From the NCBI GenBank assembly GCA_963677595.1, contig OY782041.1:384001-448000 (forward strand): 64,000 nucleotides of DNA. The letters run 5' to 3'. Origin of the DNA: Spirochaetia bacterium (GTDB lineage: Bacteria > Spirochaetota > Spirochaetia > CAKZLE01). Below the pieces are notes generated by a model. The model saw only the letters and a program-made list of their open reading frames with translations, did not search any database and was not told where the DNA came from. The position numbers and the translations under genes are program-made. Below, piece after piece: positions 29,034-38,653 of the stretch (the stretch's first letter is position 1; each line of letters begins with the position of its first letter).

Positions 29034-31910
29034 TTATCTGACCTTGCCCAGTGCCCGGAGGATCTTCTCCGGGGTGATGGGCAGTTCTCTCATCCAGACG
29101 CCTACGGCATCATGGATGGCATTCGCGATTGCCGGAGCGGCGCCGTTCATGGCGATCTCCGATACGGACTTGCTCCCGAAGGGGCCGAAGGGGTCCGTCG
29201 TCTCGATGAGCTTCACCCTGAAGTCCCCGGGGATGTCCCCGATCATCGGGGCACCGTAGGACTCGAGGTCCGTGGTGAGGCAGGTCCCGTCAGCTGCCAG
29301 CTTCACCTCCTCATAGAGGGTATGGCCGATGGACTTCATGACCGCCCCGTAGATCTGGCCCTCTGCCAGTTCCGGGTTGATTGGTGTCCCGCAGTCCTGC
29401 AGTGCGTAGTACTTTTGGACGGTGACCTTCCCGGTCCTCCGGTCCACAGCCACCTGCACGAAGTGGGCACCGTAGGGGAAGGATGCATCGTCACAGGTGA
29501 ACGAGGCATGTCCCACGAGCTGGCCGATGCCGTCCCCACCATGGGTCGCCTGGGCGATCTCCCGGAAGGAGACTGAACCGCTGCGTCCGTTCACCTGCTC
29601 ATTGAACGCAAAAGTGAGATCGTCTGCGGGTTCGCCGAGCAGCGCTGCTGCAGATGCGAGGATCTTCTTCCGCAGCTCCTCCGCGGCGTTCCTGACGGCA
29701 CCGCCGGAGAAGAAGGTGCCGCTCGATGCGAAGGCACCGGTATCGAAGGGTGTCTGGTCGGTATCGCCGGAGATGATGGTGATGCGTGAGGGATCCATGT
29801 TGAGGATCTCGGCAGTCATCTTGACGCTGATGGTGTCGAGCCCGGTACCGAGGTCGGCCCCGCCCGAATGGATGATCACCGACCCGTCATTGAGCAGCTT
29901 CACCGAAGCGTTCGACAGGTCGAGCCCGGGGAGTCCTGATCCCTGCTGGATCAGCGCCATCCCCTTCCCGATCTTGATATCGATGTCACCACTGGTCTCT
30001 TTCTTTCCCCACTCGATCATCTTCGCGCCTTCTGATACCGCACGGGCAAGCCCGCAGCTCTTGATTACAGCAGGGGCTCCTTCCCGGCCCTCACCGAGGC
30101 ACCTGAGGATCTCGAGGGTGACACCCTCATCGACCCGGTTCTTCTCCACGACTTCGAGCATATCGATTCCGAGTGCATCGGAGAGCTCGGCGATGGCCAT
30201 ATGGAGTGCATAGTTTGCCTTAGGAGCACCATAGCCCTGGTAGGCTCCCGTCGGCATGATGTTCGAGTAGAAGACATTCACGTCAAATGCGATGTTGTCG
30301 CTCAGGTAGAGCGGCAGCGACTTGGAACAGCCGTTCATCGGGACGGTAAGGCAGTGGTTGCCGTACGGCCCGGTATTAGCCTTGAGGTCCATGTACATGG
30401 CGGTGAACGTCCCGTTCTTCTTCGCCCCGAGCTTCACCCGTATCTTCATCGGAAAACGGGAGACACTGTTGGTGTACTCCTCCTCCCTGGTGAAGTGGAA
30501 GAGGACCGGCTTCCCAGTCACCCAGGTGGCGAAGGCGCAGACATCCTCGAGGAGGATCTCCTGCTTGGAACCATAGCCGCCCCCGACTCGCTCCTTGATG
30601 ACACGGATCCGGTTCTCATCGATCCCGATCACCTTGGAGACGATCCTTCTCACGAAGAACGGGACCTGCGTCGAGGCATGGATGACGAGCCGGTCGGACT
30701 CCATCCTGGTATAGACGATATGGGTCTCGCAGGGAGTGCACTGGAACTGGCCGGTCTCATAGGTCCGCTCGATGACGGTATCAGCCTCGGCGAACCCCTT
30801 CTCGATGTCACCGATAGCCCCGGAGACGCTCGCAGCCTTGTTCACATGAGGGTCTGCCCCGATGGGGAACTGGATCTCGATCCTCCCGTCGCGCGGGTCG
30901 GCTCCCCGGTTCTTCTCCTCAAGGTCCTCAGGTGCCCCGACGGCATAGGAGACCTTGGCATTATGGACGATGGGTGCTCCCGGTGCTGAAGCCTCGTCGA
31001 TGGAGAACACAGGTTTGAGCACCTCGTATTCCACCATGATCGCATCAAGTGCGGCGATGGCATGCTCCTCGGTATCAGCCACGACGGCAGCTACCCGGTC
31101 GCCCACATGGTGGAGCTTCTGGGAGAACATGCGCCGGTCATAGGGGGAGGGTTCAGGGAACCCCTGTCCTGCAGGTGTGTAGTAGGTATCGGGGACGTTC
31201 TTGTAGGTGAGGACGAGCTCCACTCCCGGCTTGGTCTCAGCGACAGAGGTGTCGATCATCTTGATATAGGCATGGGCATGGGGACTGTGGAGCATCTTCA
31301 TGACCAGAGATCCCGGGAGCACCATATCCTCGACGAAGGCACGCTCCCCCCTGACGAGTTTCGCGCCGTCGACCTTCCGGTGTGCCTTGCCCACATACTT
31401 CAGGTCATCCCTGAACTCATCGCTCACGCGCATGACGGCATCAGAGTCCTTCATCCGCCTTTTTGCGAGTTCCACGGCATTGAAGAACTGCTCATAGCCG
31501 GTAGCACGGTTGTAGAGACCTGAGAGGGCATCCTTGATCTCTTCCCGGGTCGGGTCCGGCCTCCTCTCGAGCAGTTCGGTCAGCAGCAGCGCCGCTGCCG
31601 GTGCATTGTAGCCCGACTGGACGATCCCGGCATCGATCATGGCTGACTGCACGGGACTCAAGGGCCGGTCCATCGAGGCGAGGGACTCAGCCGTCCTGAT
31701 CTCGTGCCCGTCTATCTGGGCCGTGACCATCAGACCGGCATTCACCGGCCTGCCGTCAAAGAGGATCGTGTCAGACCCGACGAACCCACGGTGGTTGTCG
31801 CTGTCGCGCACGGAGAGCATCCCCAACCGCTTGAGGAACTCCTGCAGGTTCTCACCCGCGGATGCCTGTTCATTCCGGACTATGCCATTCAGGGTAAAAC
31901 TCACTTTCAT
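29034..31910 (-). CDS. xdhD: XdhD-like xanthine-dehydrogenase-family molybdenum subunit (N-terminal Fe-S-like domain without Cys)
   Basis: SVRDSDNHRGFVGSD and VQSGYN resemble E. coli XdhD; GQGFPEPSPYD, GGGYGSKQE, AYQGYG, GAFASSGT, GPFGSKSVSE; start at ATG 31910 with an ATGA overlap. Confidence 0.85.
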   Translation of the reverse strand: MKVSFTLNGIVRNEQASAGENLQEFLKRLGMLSVRDSDNHRGFVGSDTILFDGRPVNAGLMVTAQIDGHEIRTAESLASMDRPLSPVQSAMIDAGIVQSGYNAPAAALLLTELLERRPDPTREEIKDALSGLYNRATGYEQFFNAVELAKRRMKDSDAVMRVSDEFRDDLKYVGKAHRKVDGAKLVRGERAFVEDMVLPGSLVMKMLHSPHAHAYIKMIDTSVAETKPGVELVLTYKNVPDTYYTPAGQGFPEPSPYDRRMFSQKLHHVGDRVAAVVADTEEHAIAALDAIMVEYEVLKPVFSIDEASAPGAPIVHNAKVSYAVGAPEDLEEKNRGADPRDGRIEIQFPIGADPHVNKAASVSGAIGDIEKGFAEADTVIERTYETGQFQCTPCETHIVYTRMESDRLVIHASTQVPFFVRRIVSKVIGIDENRIRVIKERVGGGYGSKQEILLEDVCAFATWVTGKPVLFHFTREEEYTNSVSRFPMKIRVKLGAKKNGTFTAMYMDLKANTGPYGNHCLTVPMNGCSKSLPLYLSDNIAFDVNVFYSNIMPTGAYQGYGAPKANYALHMAIAELSDALGIDMLEVVEKNRVDEGVTLEILRCLGEGREGAPAVIKSCGLARAVSEGAKMIEWGKKETSGDIDIKIGKGMALIQQGSGLPGLDLSNASVKLLNDGSVIIHSGGADLGTGLDTISVKMTAEILNMDPSRITIISGDTDQTPFDTGAFASSGTFFSGGAVRNAAEELRKKILASAAALLGEPADDLTFAFNEQVNGRSGSVSFREIAQATHGGDGIGQLVGHASFTCDDASFPYGAHFVQVAVDRRTGKVTVQKYYALQDCGTPINPELAEGQIYGAVMKSIGHTLYEEVKLAADGTCLTTDLESYGAPMIGDIPGDFRVKLIETTDPFGPFGSKSVSEIAMNGAAPAIANAIHDAVGVWMRELPITPEKILRALGKVR

Positions 31911-32704
31911 GACAGCACCTCCCTGCATGCTTCGGCACATGCGATCACGGTCCGTGCCGCAATGTAATTCTTATAGGCTGCAGTCCCTGCTGCATCACTG
32001 ACAAGCAGGTTGAGTTCCCTGAATGCCAGATCGAACTCATGGACTGAATGGTCCTCTCTCTTGGTGAGGAGTTCCTCGATGAGCGGCAGGCGCATCGGTC
32101 TCTCACCGAACCCGGTCGCGACGAGTCTGGGATCCAGGCACTTCCTGTCAGCAGAGAACCACATGGAGAGGGCGAAGCTCATGATCACCTTCGAGGCACT
32201 GGACTGCCGAACACGCCTGACAGCGCTTGCCTTCGAGTTTATGGGGATGAGGACTGCCGTGATCAGGTCGCCCCTGCTGGAATCCACGTACTCCTCGACC
32301 GTGACGGTCGACCCGTCGGCAAGTTCGACTCTCGCCCCGAGCACGATCAGGCTCGGGACCAGCGCTGAATGGGTCCAGCATGCCGCTATATTCCCCCCGA
32401 CCGTGGCCATGTTCCGGACGCTGCGCGAGTAGATCCCCCGGGCAGCCTCCTTGATCACCGGCATGACCAGGGTCGAGTCGATGAGTTCCTGCAGCCTGAC
32501 GGCAGCACCGACCCTCAGGAGACCTCCCTCCAGGGATATCCCCCCCAGCCCCAGCTCACCGATCGATATCACGTTCGTATAGGGGGAAGCTGTATCCATG
32601 TGGTTGATGCTCGTCCCCCCGGCATAATAGCCGGCATGACTGTAGTGTTCGTACAGGGAGACCGCCTCCTCAACCATCTGAGGTTGTTTAAAGTTCCTAA
32701 TCAT
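31907..32704 (-). CDS. ygfM: YgfM-like FAD-binding subunit of a molybdopterin oxidoreductase
   Basis: YYAGGT, RNMATVGGNI; translationally coupled to xdhD as in the E. coli ygfM-xdhD pair. Confidence 0.75.
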   Translation of the reverse strand: MIRNFKQPQMVEEAVSLYEHYSHAGYYAGGTSINHMDTASPYTNVISIGELGLGGISLEGGLLRVGAAVRLQELIDSTLVMPVIKEAARGIYSRSVRNMATVGGNIAACWTHSALVPSLIVLGARVELADGSTVTVEEYVDSSRGDLITAVLIPINSKASAVRRVRQSSASKVIMSFALSMWFSADRKCLDPRLVATGFGERPMRLPLIEELLTKREDHSVHEFDLAFRELNLLVSDAAGTAAYKNYIAARTVIACAEACREVLS

Positions 32705-32775
32705 CCAACCCTCCAAATCCTTTTCATATCTGTCCCCTGATTGTAGCCTGAATCTCCGTGAACTGCCATGGGCCT

Positions 32776-33447
32776 TTACTGTGCATCGCTCAAATAATCG
32801 AGCAGCGAGACCTCCTCACCGGGCTCCTTCACGATCACCTCATGGTCCCACTCCTCGGTGAAGAGTTTCAGCATGAGGCGCTGGTCTCCCGTGATCTCAT
32901 GGTACTCAAGATCGTAGAGTTCACAGAATTTCCTGGCAAGCTCCTTGTAGGGAGTCGTATCATACTCCCCGGTATCCACGACGGCTGCCCGCTCGTAGTG
33001 TTCCAGGACCATCCTGGTATACTGCTGCGCCAGCTCCTCCCCGTACCGTTCGATGTACTTGTCATACTCGAGCAGGTGGTAGGTCCCGTCCTCGGACTCG
33101 ATGAACCGTTTCGTGAGGAAGAGCGTCCCGATCGCCTCGTTCCGGTGTTTCTCGAAACAGGTTTGGGAGCCGCAGAAGAGGGCTATGCAGTCGTGGATCC
33201 TCGGGAGTATGAGACGGTGGTGCGCAGAGGTGAGCCCCACCGTCGCATTCGAGCAGAGACCGTAGCCGAGCACGATCGTATCCCCCTTGCCGGGAATCCC
33301 GTCGATCACCTCCTGGAGGTGTGACCTGAGGAGGTCCGGCTTCTCATGCAGGGAGAAGGATTGTCTCATGATGATCATATCATCCGGGATGATCGACCTG
33401 GATTCTACCAGGATCGTATCACAGATGATGAGGTAGGTCTTGCTCAT
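32776..33447 (-). CDS. DUF1638-domain protein (associated with corrinoid methyltransferase systems)
   Basis: LHEKPDLL, VLGYGLCSNATVG, PRIHDCIALFCGS. Confidence 0.75.
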   Translation of the reverse strand: MSKTYLIICDTILVESRSIIPDDMIIMRQSFSLHEKPDLLRSHLQEVIDGIPGKGDTIVLGYGLCSNATVGLTSAHHRLILPRIHDCIALFCGSQTCFEKHRNEAIGTLFLTKRFIESEDGTYHLLEYDKYIERYGEELAQQYTRMVLEHYERAAVVDTGEYDTTPYKELARKFCELYDLEYHEITGDQRLMLKLFTEEWDHEVIVKEPGEEVSLLDYLSDAQ

Positions 33448-33517
33448 ACTCCATTACTCATTAGTATTTACTCGTTCGCTGCAGGGCTCTCACCCCCTGC
33501 AGCGTATTCCCGCGGGA

Positions 33518-34213
33518 CTAGATGTTCAATGCCCCGATGATGATCGGGTCTGCCGCACCGCCTGCGGCTCCCCTGGTCACCAGCTGCTTGCAGAGGTCCA
33601 CGCATTCACTTGCGGTGTTCGAATACCCGTCTGCCTTGATCATCGTCGTCCACTGCGGGGTGACAGGTCCTCCTCCGAGGATGACCTGGTACTTCTCCCG
33701 CATGCCCATGGCACCGAGGGTCTCGATGAGTTCCTTCTGGTACGGGAGGCTGGTGGTGATCAGGGTCGAGCAGGCGATGATGGTCGCGTTCTCACGCTGT
33801 GCAGCATCGATATACTCCCTGACGCTCACGTCGATCCCGAGGTCGATGACCTTGAAGCCGTTAGCCGAGAGGATCGCCTTGACCAGGTTCTTCCCGATAT
33901 CGTGGTGGTCACCAGCCATCACGCCGAGCACGACCGTGCCGGAATCTGCACCTGCACCACCGTCTTCCCGGATCTTCGCAAGGAGCACGTCCATCGCCAT
34001 GGTGGCAGCGTCACCGGCGAGCATCAACTCAGGGAGGAAGGCCTCCCCGTTCTCGAACTGCTCACCCATCAGGTCCATCGCAGCCTGGATGCCGCCCCGG
34101 ATCATCTCGAGGGGGTCTATGCCCTCCGCGATACTCTCCTGGGCGATCTCGAGTGCGTCATCCTCTTCACCTTCGATGACTGCATCATATAGTCTTTTGA
34201 TCAATTCGCTCAT
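33518..34213 (-). CDS. Cognate corrinoid (B12-binding) protein, MtmC/MttC-like
   Basis: N-terminal cap (FLPELMLAG), GDHHDIGKNLV (DxHxxG), VIDLG, ILGGGPVT, ADGY. Confidence 0.9.
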   Translation of the reverse strand: MSELIKRLYDAVIEGEEDDALEIAQESIAEGIDPLEMIRGGIQAAMDLMGEQFENGEAFLPELMLAGDAATMAMDVLLAKIREDGGAGADSGTVVLGVMAGDHHDIGKNLVKAILSANGFKVIDLGIDVSVREYIDAAQRENATIIACSTLITTSLPYQKELIETLGAMGMREKYQVILGGGPVTPQWTTMIKADGYSNTASECVDLCKQLVTRGAAGGAADPIIIGALNI

Positions 34214-34248
34214 ATCTGTATTTCTCCTAAACTCTTGTTACTTCGTGA

Positions 34249-35634
34249 TCAGATTGCATCAAGCGGCAGGCCGAACTCTTTCGCCCTGGTCCGTACTTCG
34301 TTGTATGCAGCCTCTGCTTCCGGCAGCGGGCGGAAGTTCTTGAGGTCCCACACTTCCTGTACCGGCTTCCCGATGTTCGGGGTCTTTATATTCGCCTCGA
34401 ATTCCGGGAGGAACTCATTAGCCAGGTCGTTCACGGCCGAGAGGTCCATACCGGATGCAGCATGGGCAACCTCAGCACACCATCGGCAGTCGAGGGGTGA
34501 GAGGTAGTCATTGAACTTCCCGCCTGCTGATCTCGGGCCTGTCGAGAAGGATGCACCTGAAGCGGCGATGATCGATACACCTACGAGCGTCTCGTAGAGC
34601 AGTTCCTTCGTTCCCGGACCCGACACCTGGTTCGCGATACCGTGGGTCAGGAGATGGGTGTTCCTGCTCAGAGCCTGGTGGGTCATGCTCAATGCCCAGA
34701 GGCCTTCCCGGTTCACGTTGGAGAGGTACCTGATGTCGTAGAGCTCCCCGCCGCCGACGGTCGAGAAGAGTACGGCATACTGGAGCAGTGACGCCGCGAT
34801 GCTCGAGATGACCGCACCCTCGGGAGGTCCCGGCATCCCGCCGATCATTCCCGGAGAACCGGCGAATACCATACCGCCCATGGCGAGGGTATGTACTACC
34901 TTGTGCATGGTCTGGTTGTTGATCTTCATCTCCGAAGGATAGAGGATCAGTGAGAGGTCGGTGGTATAGAAGTTGTCCCGTGTCCCATAGCAGAACTGGC
35001 CGAACTCGGTGACCGCGGAGATGTTCCCGATACCGGGCATACCTTCTCTTCCTGCTTTTCGCCGGAGCACCCGGTGCATACGTCCCTGCTCATAGCAGAG
35101 CAGGGTCTCTGACGGGTCACCGGGGAGGGCCTCCAAGCCGTTGATCGCAGTGAGCGACCCGCTCTCGAGCAAGTCGACCTGCGGCTGGCGTGCGATCCCT
35201 TCAGTGATCCAGGGCCATGCCTCTTCCGACATGGTGATCCCCAGCGATGACCCGAAGAGCATCGGGGTGGGGTCTGAGGGGGTACGTGACTTCATGATCC
35301 GCTTGTCGTGCCCGAACCCGAGCTCGACCTCTGACGGTGCGAGGTGGAGCGTGGTCACGAGCTCCTCTTCATCTATCTTGATGATCCTGTCGCGTGCCTC
35401 GTTGAGCATGCCGAGTTCCAGGGCAAGTTCGAAGCCTGCCTTGTAGAACTCATCGGCAAGCTCCATATCGGTGTTGACAGGGTTCTCCTTGTCAACGGTC
35501 TTCTGCAGGTTGTACTTCTTCAGCATCGACTTGACAGCCTTGGGGACTCGCTTCACATCCCAGTCATGGGCGCTGCAGTACTCACCTTCTCGAGACCTGC
35601 GCAGGATCTCGGTAAGATCAGGTTTCTGTTTCAT
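34249..35634 (-). CDS. Monomethylamine:corrinoid methyltransferase (MtmB)-family protein lacking pyrrolysine
   Basis: Collinear with Methanosarcina MtmB as I recall it: GEYCSAHDWD, TDMELADEFYKAGFEL, DRIIK, AGREGMPG-I-G, EMKIN, GGMPGPPE, SGPGTKELL, AEVAHAASG, GKPVQEVWD. Start at ATG 35634 with RBS AAGGAG; no in-frame TAG. Confidence 0.85.
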   Translation of the reverse strand: MKQKPDLTEILRRSREGEYCSAHDWDVKRVPKAVKSMLKKYNLQKTVDKENPVNTDMELADEFYKAGFELALELGMLNEARDRIIKIDEEELVTTLHLAPSEVELGFGHDKRIMKSRTPSDPTPMLFGSSLGITMSEEAWPWITEGIARQPQVDLLESGSLTAINGLEALPGDPSETLLCYEQGRMHRVLRRKAGREGMPGIGNISAVTEFGQFCYGTRDNFYTTDLSLILYPSEMKINNQTMHKVVHTLAMGGMVFAGSPGMIGGMPGPPEGAVISSIAASLLQYAVLFSTVGGGELYDIRYLSNVNREGLWALSMTHQALSRNTHLLTHGIANQVSGPGTKELLYETLVGVSIIAASGASFSTGPRSAGGKFNDYLSPLDCRWCAEVAHAASGMDLSAVNDLANEFLPEFEANIKTPNIGKPVQEVWDLKNFRPLPEAEAAYNEVRTRAKEFGLPLDAI

Positions 35635-35766
35635 ACTATTCTCCTTAACCAAATGTTTGACTTCTTCATCTCAGGAGGCAGCGGCCTCCCGTGTTTATCC
35701 TCGCATACGGCTTCCTGTCGTGCAGTATCGTATATGAGCTATCCATCTTCACCAAACAAGCTCCTG

Positions 35767-35795
35767 GTTTTAGACTTGTCCCGGACAAGGTTGCG
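35767..35795 (-). promoter_or_regulatory. Shared leader motif, copy 1 (upstream of the MtmB homologue)
   Basis: Plus strand GTTTTAGACTTG-TCCCGGA-CAAGGTTGCG; near-identical flanks at 42605-42635. Confidence 0.5.
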
Positions 35796-35847
35796 AATGC
35801 TTGCAGGTCGGCCTACGCCTTGACGTCGATCTCCCTATCCTACCTCC

Positions 35848-37704
35848 TTACTCATTCGCTGCACCCTCGAAGTACATATTCATAGCCAGGTCCCTGGAAA
35901 AACCCTTCCGACCTGACAGGTCGATGATCCTCATCTCATTCCTCATGGTCTCGCACCGGTCCCGGAACTCCCTGCTCAGCAGGGCAGAGACGGCGCTCCT
36001 GCCCGAAGTGTTCCCGACACAGACCACCCGGTCGGCAAGCTGCGGCGGGATCAGACCGATCTCCGCAGCACTCGATATCCTGATGCGGCTGCCGAAGCCC
36101 CCGGCGATGTAGAGACGGCTGACCTCATCAGCCGTGATCCCTGCTTCATCGAGGAGCGCCTCGATCCCGGTACGGATCGCTGACTTGGCAAGCTGGATCT
36201 CCCTGATGTCAGCCTGGGAGAGGTAGACGGTCTCCCCGGAGATGGTGAAGGCAGGTTTCCCCTTCACTTCAGCCATCCTCGAGGATAGCGCATGTTCACC
36301 TCTGGCAAAGCGTCCTTTCCGGTCGACGAGTCCTTCCCTGACGAGGAGTGCGGTCACATCGAGCACCCCGGATCCGCAGACGGCTGCGGGGACCTGGTCG
36401 TGGATGGTCGTGAACCGCAGCGCTTCCCCGTCATAGGATACACTGTCGATCGCCCCGGAGACCCCGCCTGACCCGCAGGAGAGGTTCGCCCCCTCGAAGG
36501 CAGGGCCGGCGGCAGTCGAACAGGCGAAGAGTCCTGCTGGACTTTTCAGGACGATCTCCCCATTGGTCCCGATATCGACGAAGAGGGAACACTCATCAGC
36601 TGTGTCCAGATGGACCGCAGCAGCCCCCCCCACGATATCGGCCCCGATGTACCCAGAGGCACTCGGGAGCAGGTAGACGGAACATCCTTCAAGTTCGCTG
36701 AAGAGATCCCGGATGATCTGAGAGGAGGTGAAGACCGGATTGAACGGTACCCTGCTGATGCTGCCTGCATCGATCCCGAGCAGGAGATGCAGCATGGTGG
36801 TGTTCCCTGCGACGGCACAGGAGGTGACCTGCCCGGTCATGATCCCGTTCCGCCCGCAGAGCTCCAGGATCATCTCCTGCAGCTGTTCGGTGATCACACG
36901 TGCGAGCTCTTCAGAGCCTTTTGCCTTTATCAGGGTATAGCCGATACGGGCGATGACATCGGCACCCGCGATGTGCTGTGCGTTCAGGGCCGATTCGGTA
37001 TCGATGATCTCCCCGGATGAGAGGTCCACCAGGTAACATGCTACGGTAGTCGTCCCGATATCGACTGCGATACCGTAGAATCGTTCCACGCCCTCAGCAG
37101 GGCAGACTGAGATGACAGTCCCGTCGCAGATATGTGCCCAGATCCCTGCCGGCTGCTTCATGTCCATGAGATGCCGCATCATGACCGGCAGCTGGTGGAG
37201 CACGACAGGAGAGACATCCGCCACGGCGATACCGCACTGGTCAGACAGGGCTTCTATGACCCGCAGGGCACCATCTCGGTTATCGTCGAAGGTCGGGACA
37301 CTCATCATGACACGGAAGCTCTCGACAAGCCGTCCCTGCAGGTGGTCCTCAGACTCTCCTGAGAACCCGGTCTCGACCTCCATGATGCGCTGTTCTGCAG
37401 CTTCGGCAATGGTGAGGTCACCCTCAGCAGTCGCATAGCAGGCAAGCCTGATACCCGCGATGATATCATCCTCACTGAGGTGCTGTTCCTCCTGGGGTCC
37501 CATCGGGGAGACTTCACCGGAGATGATGCGGATCCTGCACTTCCCGCAGGTCCCCGCTCCCCCGCAGGGACTCGTATACCCGAAGGCCTGTCCGCTGTCT
37601 GTTATCATGCTGCTGATCACGGTATGGAGATCGGTCCCGAACGCTGCCTTGGTAGTGAGTTTCTGGGGTATCATGGTTATACTGCAGCTGCGTGCCTCAG
37701 ACAT
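35848..37704 (-). CDS. Reductive activator of corrinoid enzymes (RACE; ASKHA/DUF4445 with an N-terminal [2Fe-2S] domain)
   Basis: CGGAGTCGKC…RLAC, VDIGTTT, GADVIARI, AGNTTM, DIGTNGE, TAAGPAFEG, CGSG, QLAKSA, AGGFG. Confidence 0.9.
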   Translation of the reverse strand: MSEARSCSITMIPQKLTTKAAFGTDLHTVISSMITDSGQAFGYTSPCGGAGTCGKCRIRIISGEVSPMGPQEEQHLSEDDIIAGIRLACYATAEGDLTIAEAAEQRIMEVETGFSGESEDHLQGRLVESFRVMMSVPTFDDNRDGALRVIEALSDQCGIAVADVSPVVLHQLPVMMRHLMDMKQPAGIWAHICDGTVISVCPAEGVERFYGIAVDIGTTTVACYLVDLSSGEIIDTESALNAQHIAGADVIARIGYTLIKAKGSEELARVITEQLQEMILELCGRNGIMTGQVTSCAVAGNTTMLHLLLGIDAGSISRVPFNPVFTSSQIIRDLFSELEGCSVYLLPSASGYIGADIVGGAAAVHLDTADECSLFVDIGTNGEIVLKSPAGLFACSTAAGPAFEGANLSCGSGGVSGAIDSVSYDGEALRFTTIHDQVPAAVCGSGVLDVTALLVREGLVDRKGRFARGEHALSSRMAEVKGKPAFTISGETVYLSQADIREIQLAKSAIRTGIEALLDEAGITADEVSRLYIAGGFGSRIRISSAAEIGLIPPQLADRVVCVGNTSGRSAVSALLSREFRDRCETMRNEMRIIDLSGRKGFSRDLAMNMYFEGAANE

Positions 37705-37710
37705 AGATAC

Positions 37711-38652
37711 TTACCGTTCCTCCCTGAAGTAGGGGACGCCGAGGCTCTGCGGGGCATTCCCCCGGGCCTTTCGCCTCATCGAGTCGAGCACCAGGACGAT
37801 GATCGTCATGACGTAGGGCAGCGAGTCAAGGACGTAGATCGAGACCGGCAGGTCGAACTGCTGCAGGCGGAATCCCACGATATTGAGCCCGCCGAAGAAG
37901 AGCGCACCGAGGAACGCCCGGTAGGGGTTCCATTTGGAGAAGATGACCAGCGCCACAGCGATCCATCCCCGCCCGGAGATGATCGAGTCCTGCCATGCAG
38001 GTACATAGATCAGGGAGAGGTACCCTCCGGCGAGGCCGCAGAGCACCCCGCCGATGGCAAGGTGGATGTAGCGGTACTTGATGACCGAGATCCCGAGGGA
38101 GTCTGCAGCCCTCGGGTTCTCTCCGACCATCGACCCGTTCAGGCCGTATCGTGTCTTATAGAGATAGATCCCGACGACCACGATCAGCACATACGTGATA
38201 TAGATCATGTAGTCCTGGTTGAAGAGGATCTCACCGATGACCGGGATATCACCCAACAGGGGGATCTTCACCTTCACGAAGGTGGAGATGATCCTCTCTG
38301 GGGCCCTCGTCCCGATGATCGGCGTCCCGATGAAGCCGGCGAAGCCGGTACCGAACATCGTCAGGGTGAGCCCGGTGACGATCTGGTTGGCCCGCAGGGT
38401 GATGGTGACGAAACCGAAGATCATGGCCCCGAGCACACCGGCGAGGGCCGCTGCGATGAATGACAGGAGTGGGCTCGCTGTCTGGAGGGATACCATGAAC
38501 CCGATGATCGCACCCATGTACATCATACCCTCGACACCGAGGTTGAGCGAACCGCTCTTCTCGGTGACGAGCTCCCCCATCGTGGCGAGGAGGAGCGGGG
38601 TCCCGGCAACCACGGCGGCCCCGAGAAAACAAACGAACCAGTTCAGGTCCAT
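37711..38652 (-). CDS. Nucleoside/purine ABC transporter permease (NupC/YufQ-like)
   Basis: EKSGSLNLGVEGMM, GENPRAADSLG, GRGWIAVA, LPY. Confidence 0.9.
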   Translation of the reverse strand: MDLNWFVCFLGAAVVAGTPLLLATMGELVTEKSGSLNLGVEGMMYMGAIIGFMVSLQTASPLLSFIAAALAGVLGAMIFGFVTITLRANQIVTGLTLTMFGTGFAGFIGTPIIGTRAPERIISTFVKVKIPLLGDIPVIGEILFNQDYMIYITYVLIVVVGIYLYKTRYGLNGSMVGENPRAADSLGISVIKYRYIHLAIGGVLCGLAGGYLSLIYVPAWQDSIISGRGWIAVALVIFSKWNPYRAFLGALFFGGLNIVGFRLQQFDLPVSIYVLDSLPYVMTIIVLVLDSMRRKARGNAPQSLGVPYFREER

Positions 38653-38653
38653 A

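Noticed and set aside
34249-35634. Pyrrolysine (amber readthrough) system
   Set aside because: There is no in-frame TAG in the MtmB homologue and no pylTSBCD in the window.
35641-35847. Cobalamin, Moco or c-di-GMP riboswitch upstream of the MtmB homologue
   Set aside because: I could not find a B12 box or GEMM core. The Moco-like GCCTCCCGT is on the wrong strand. An Rfam scan is still needed.
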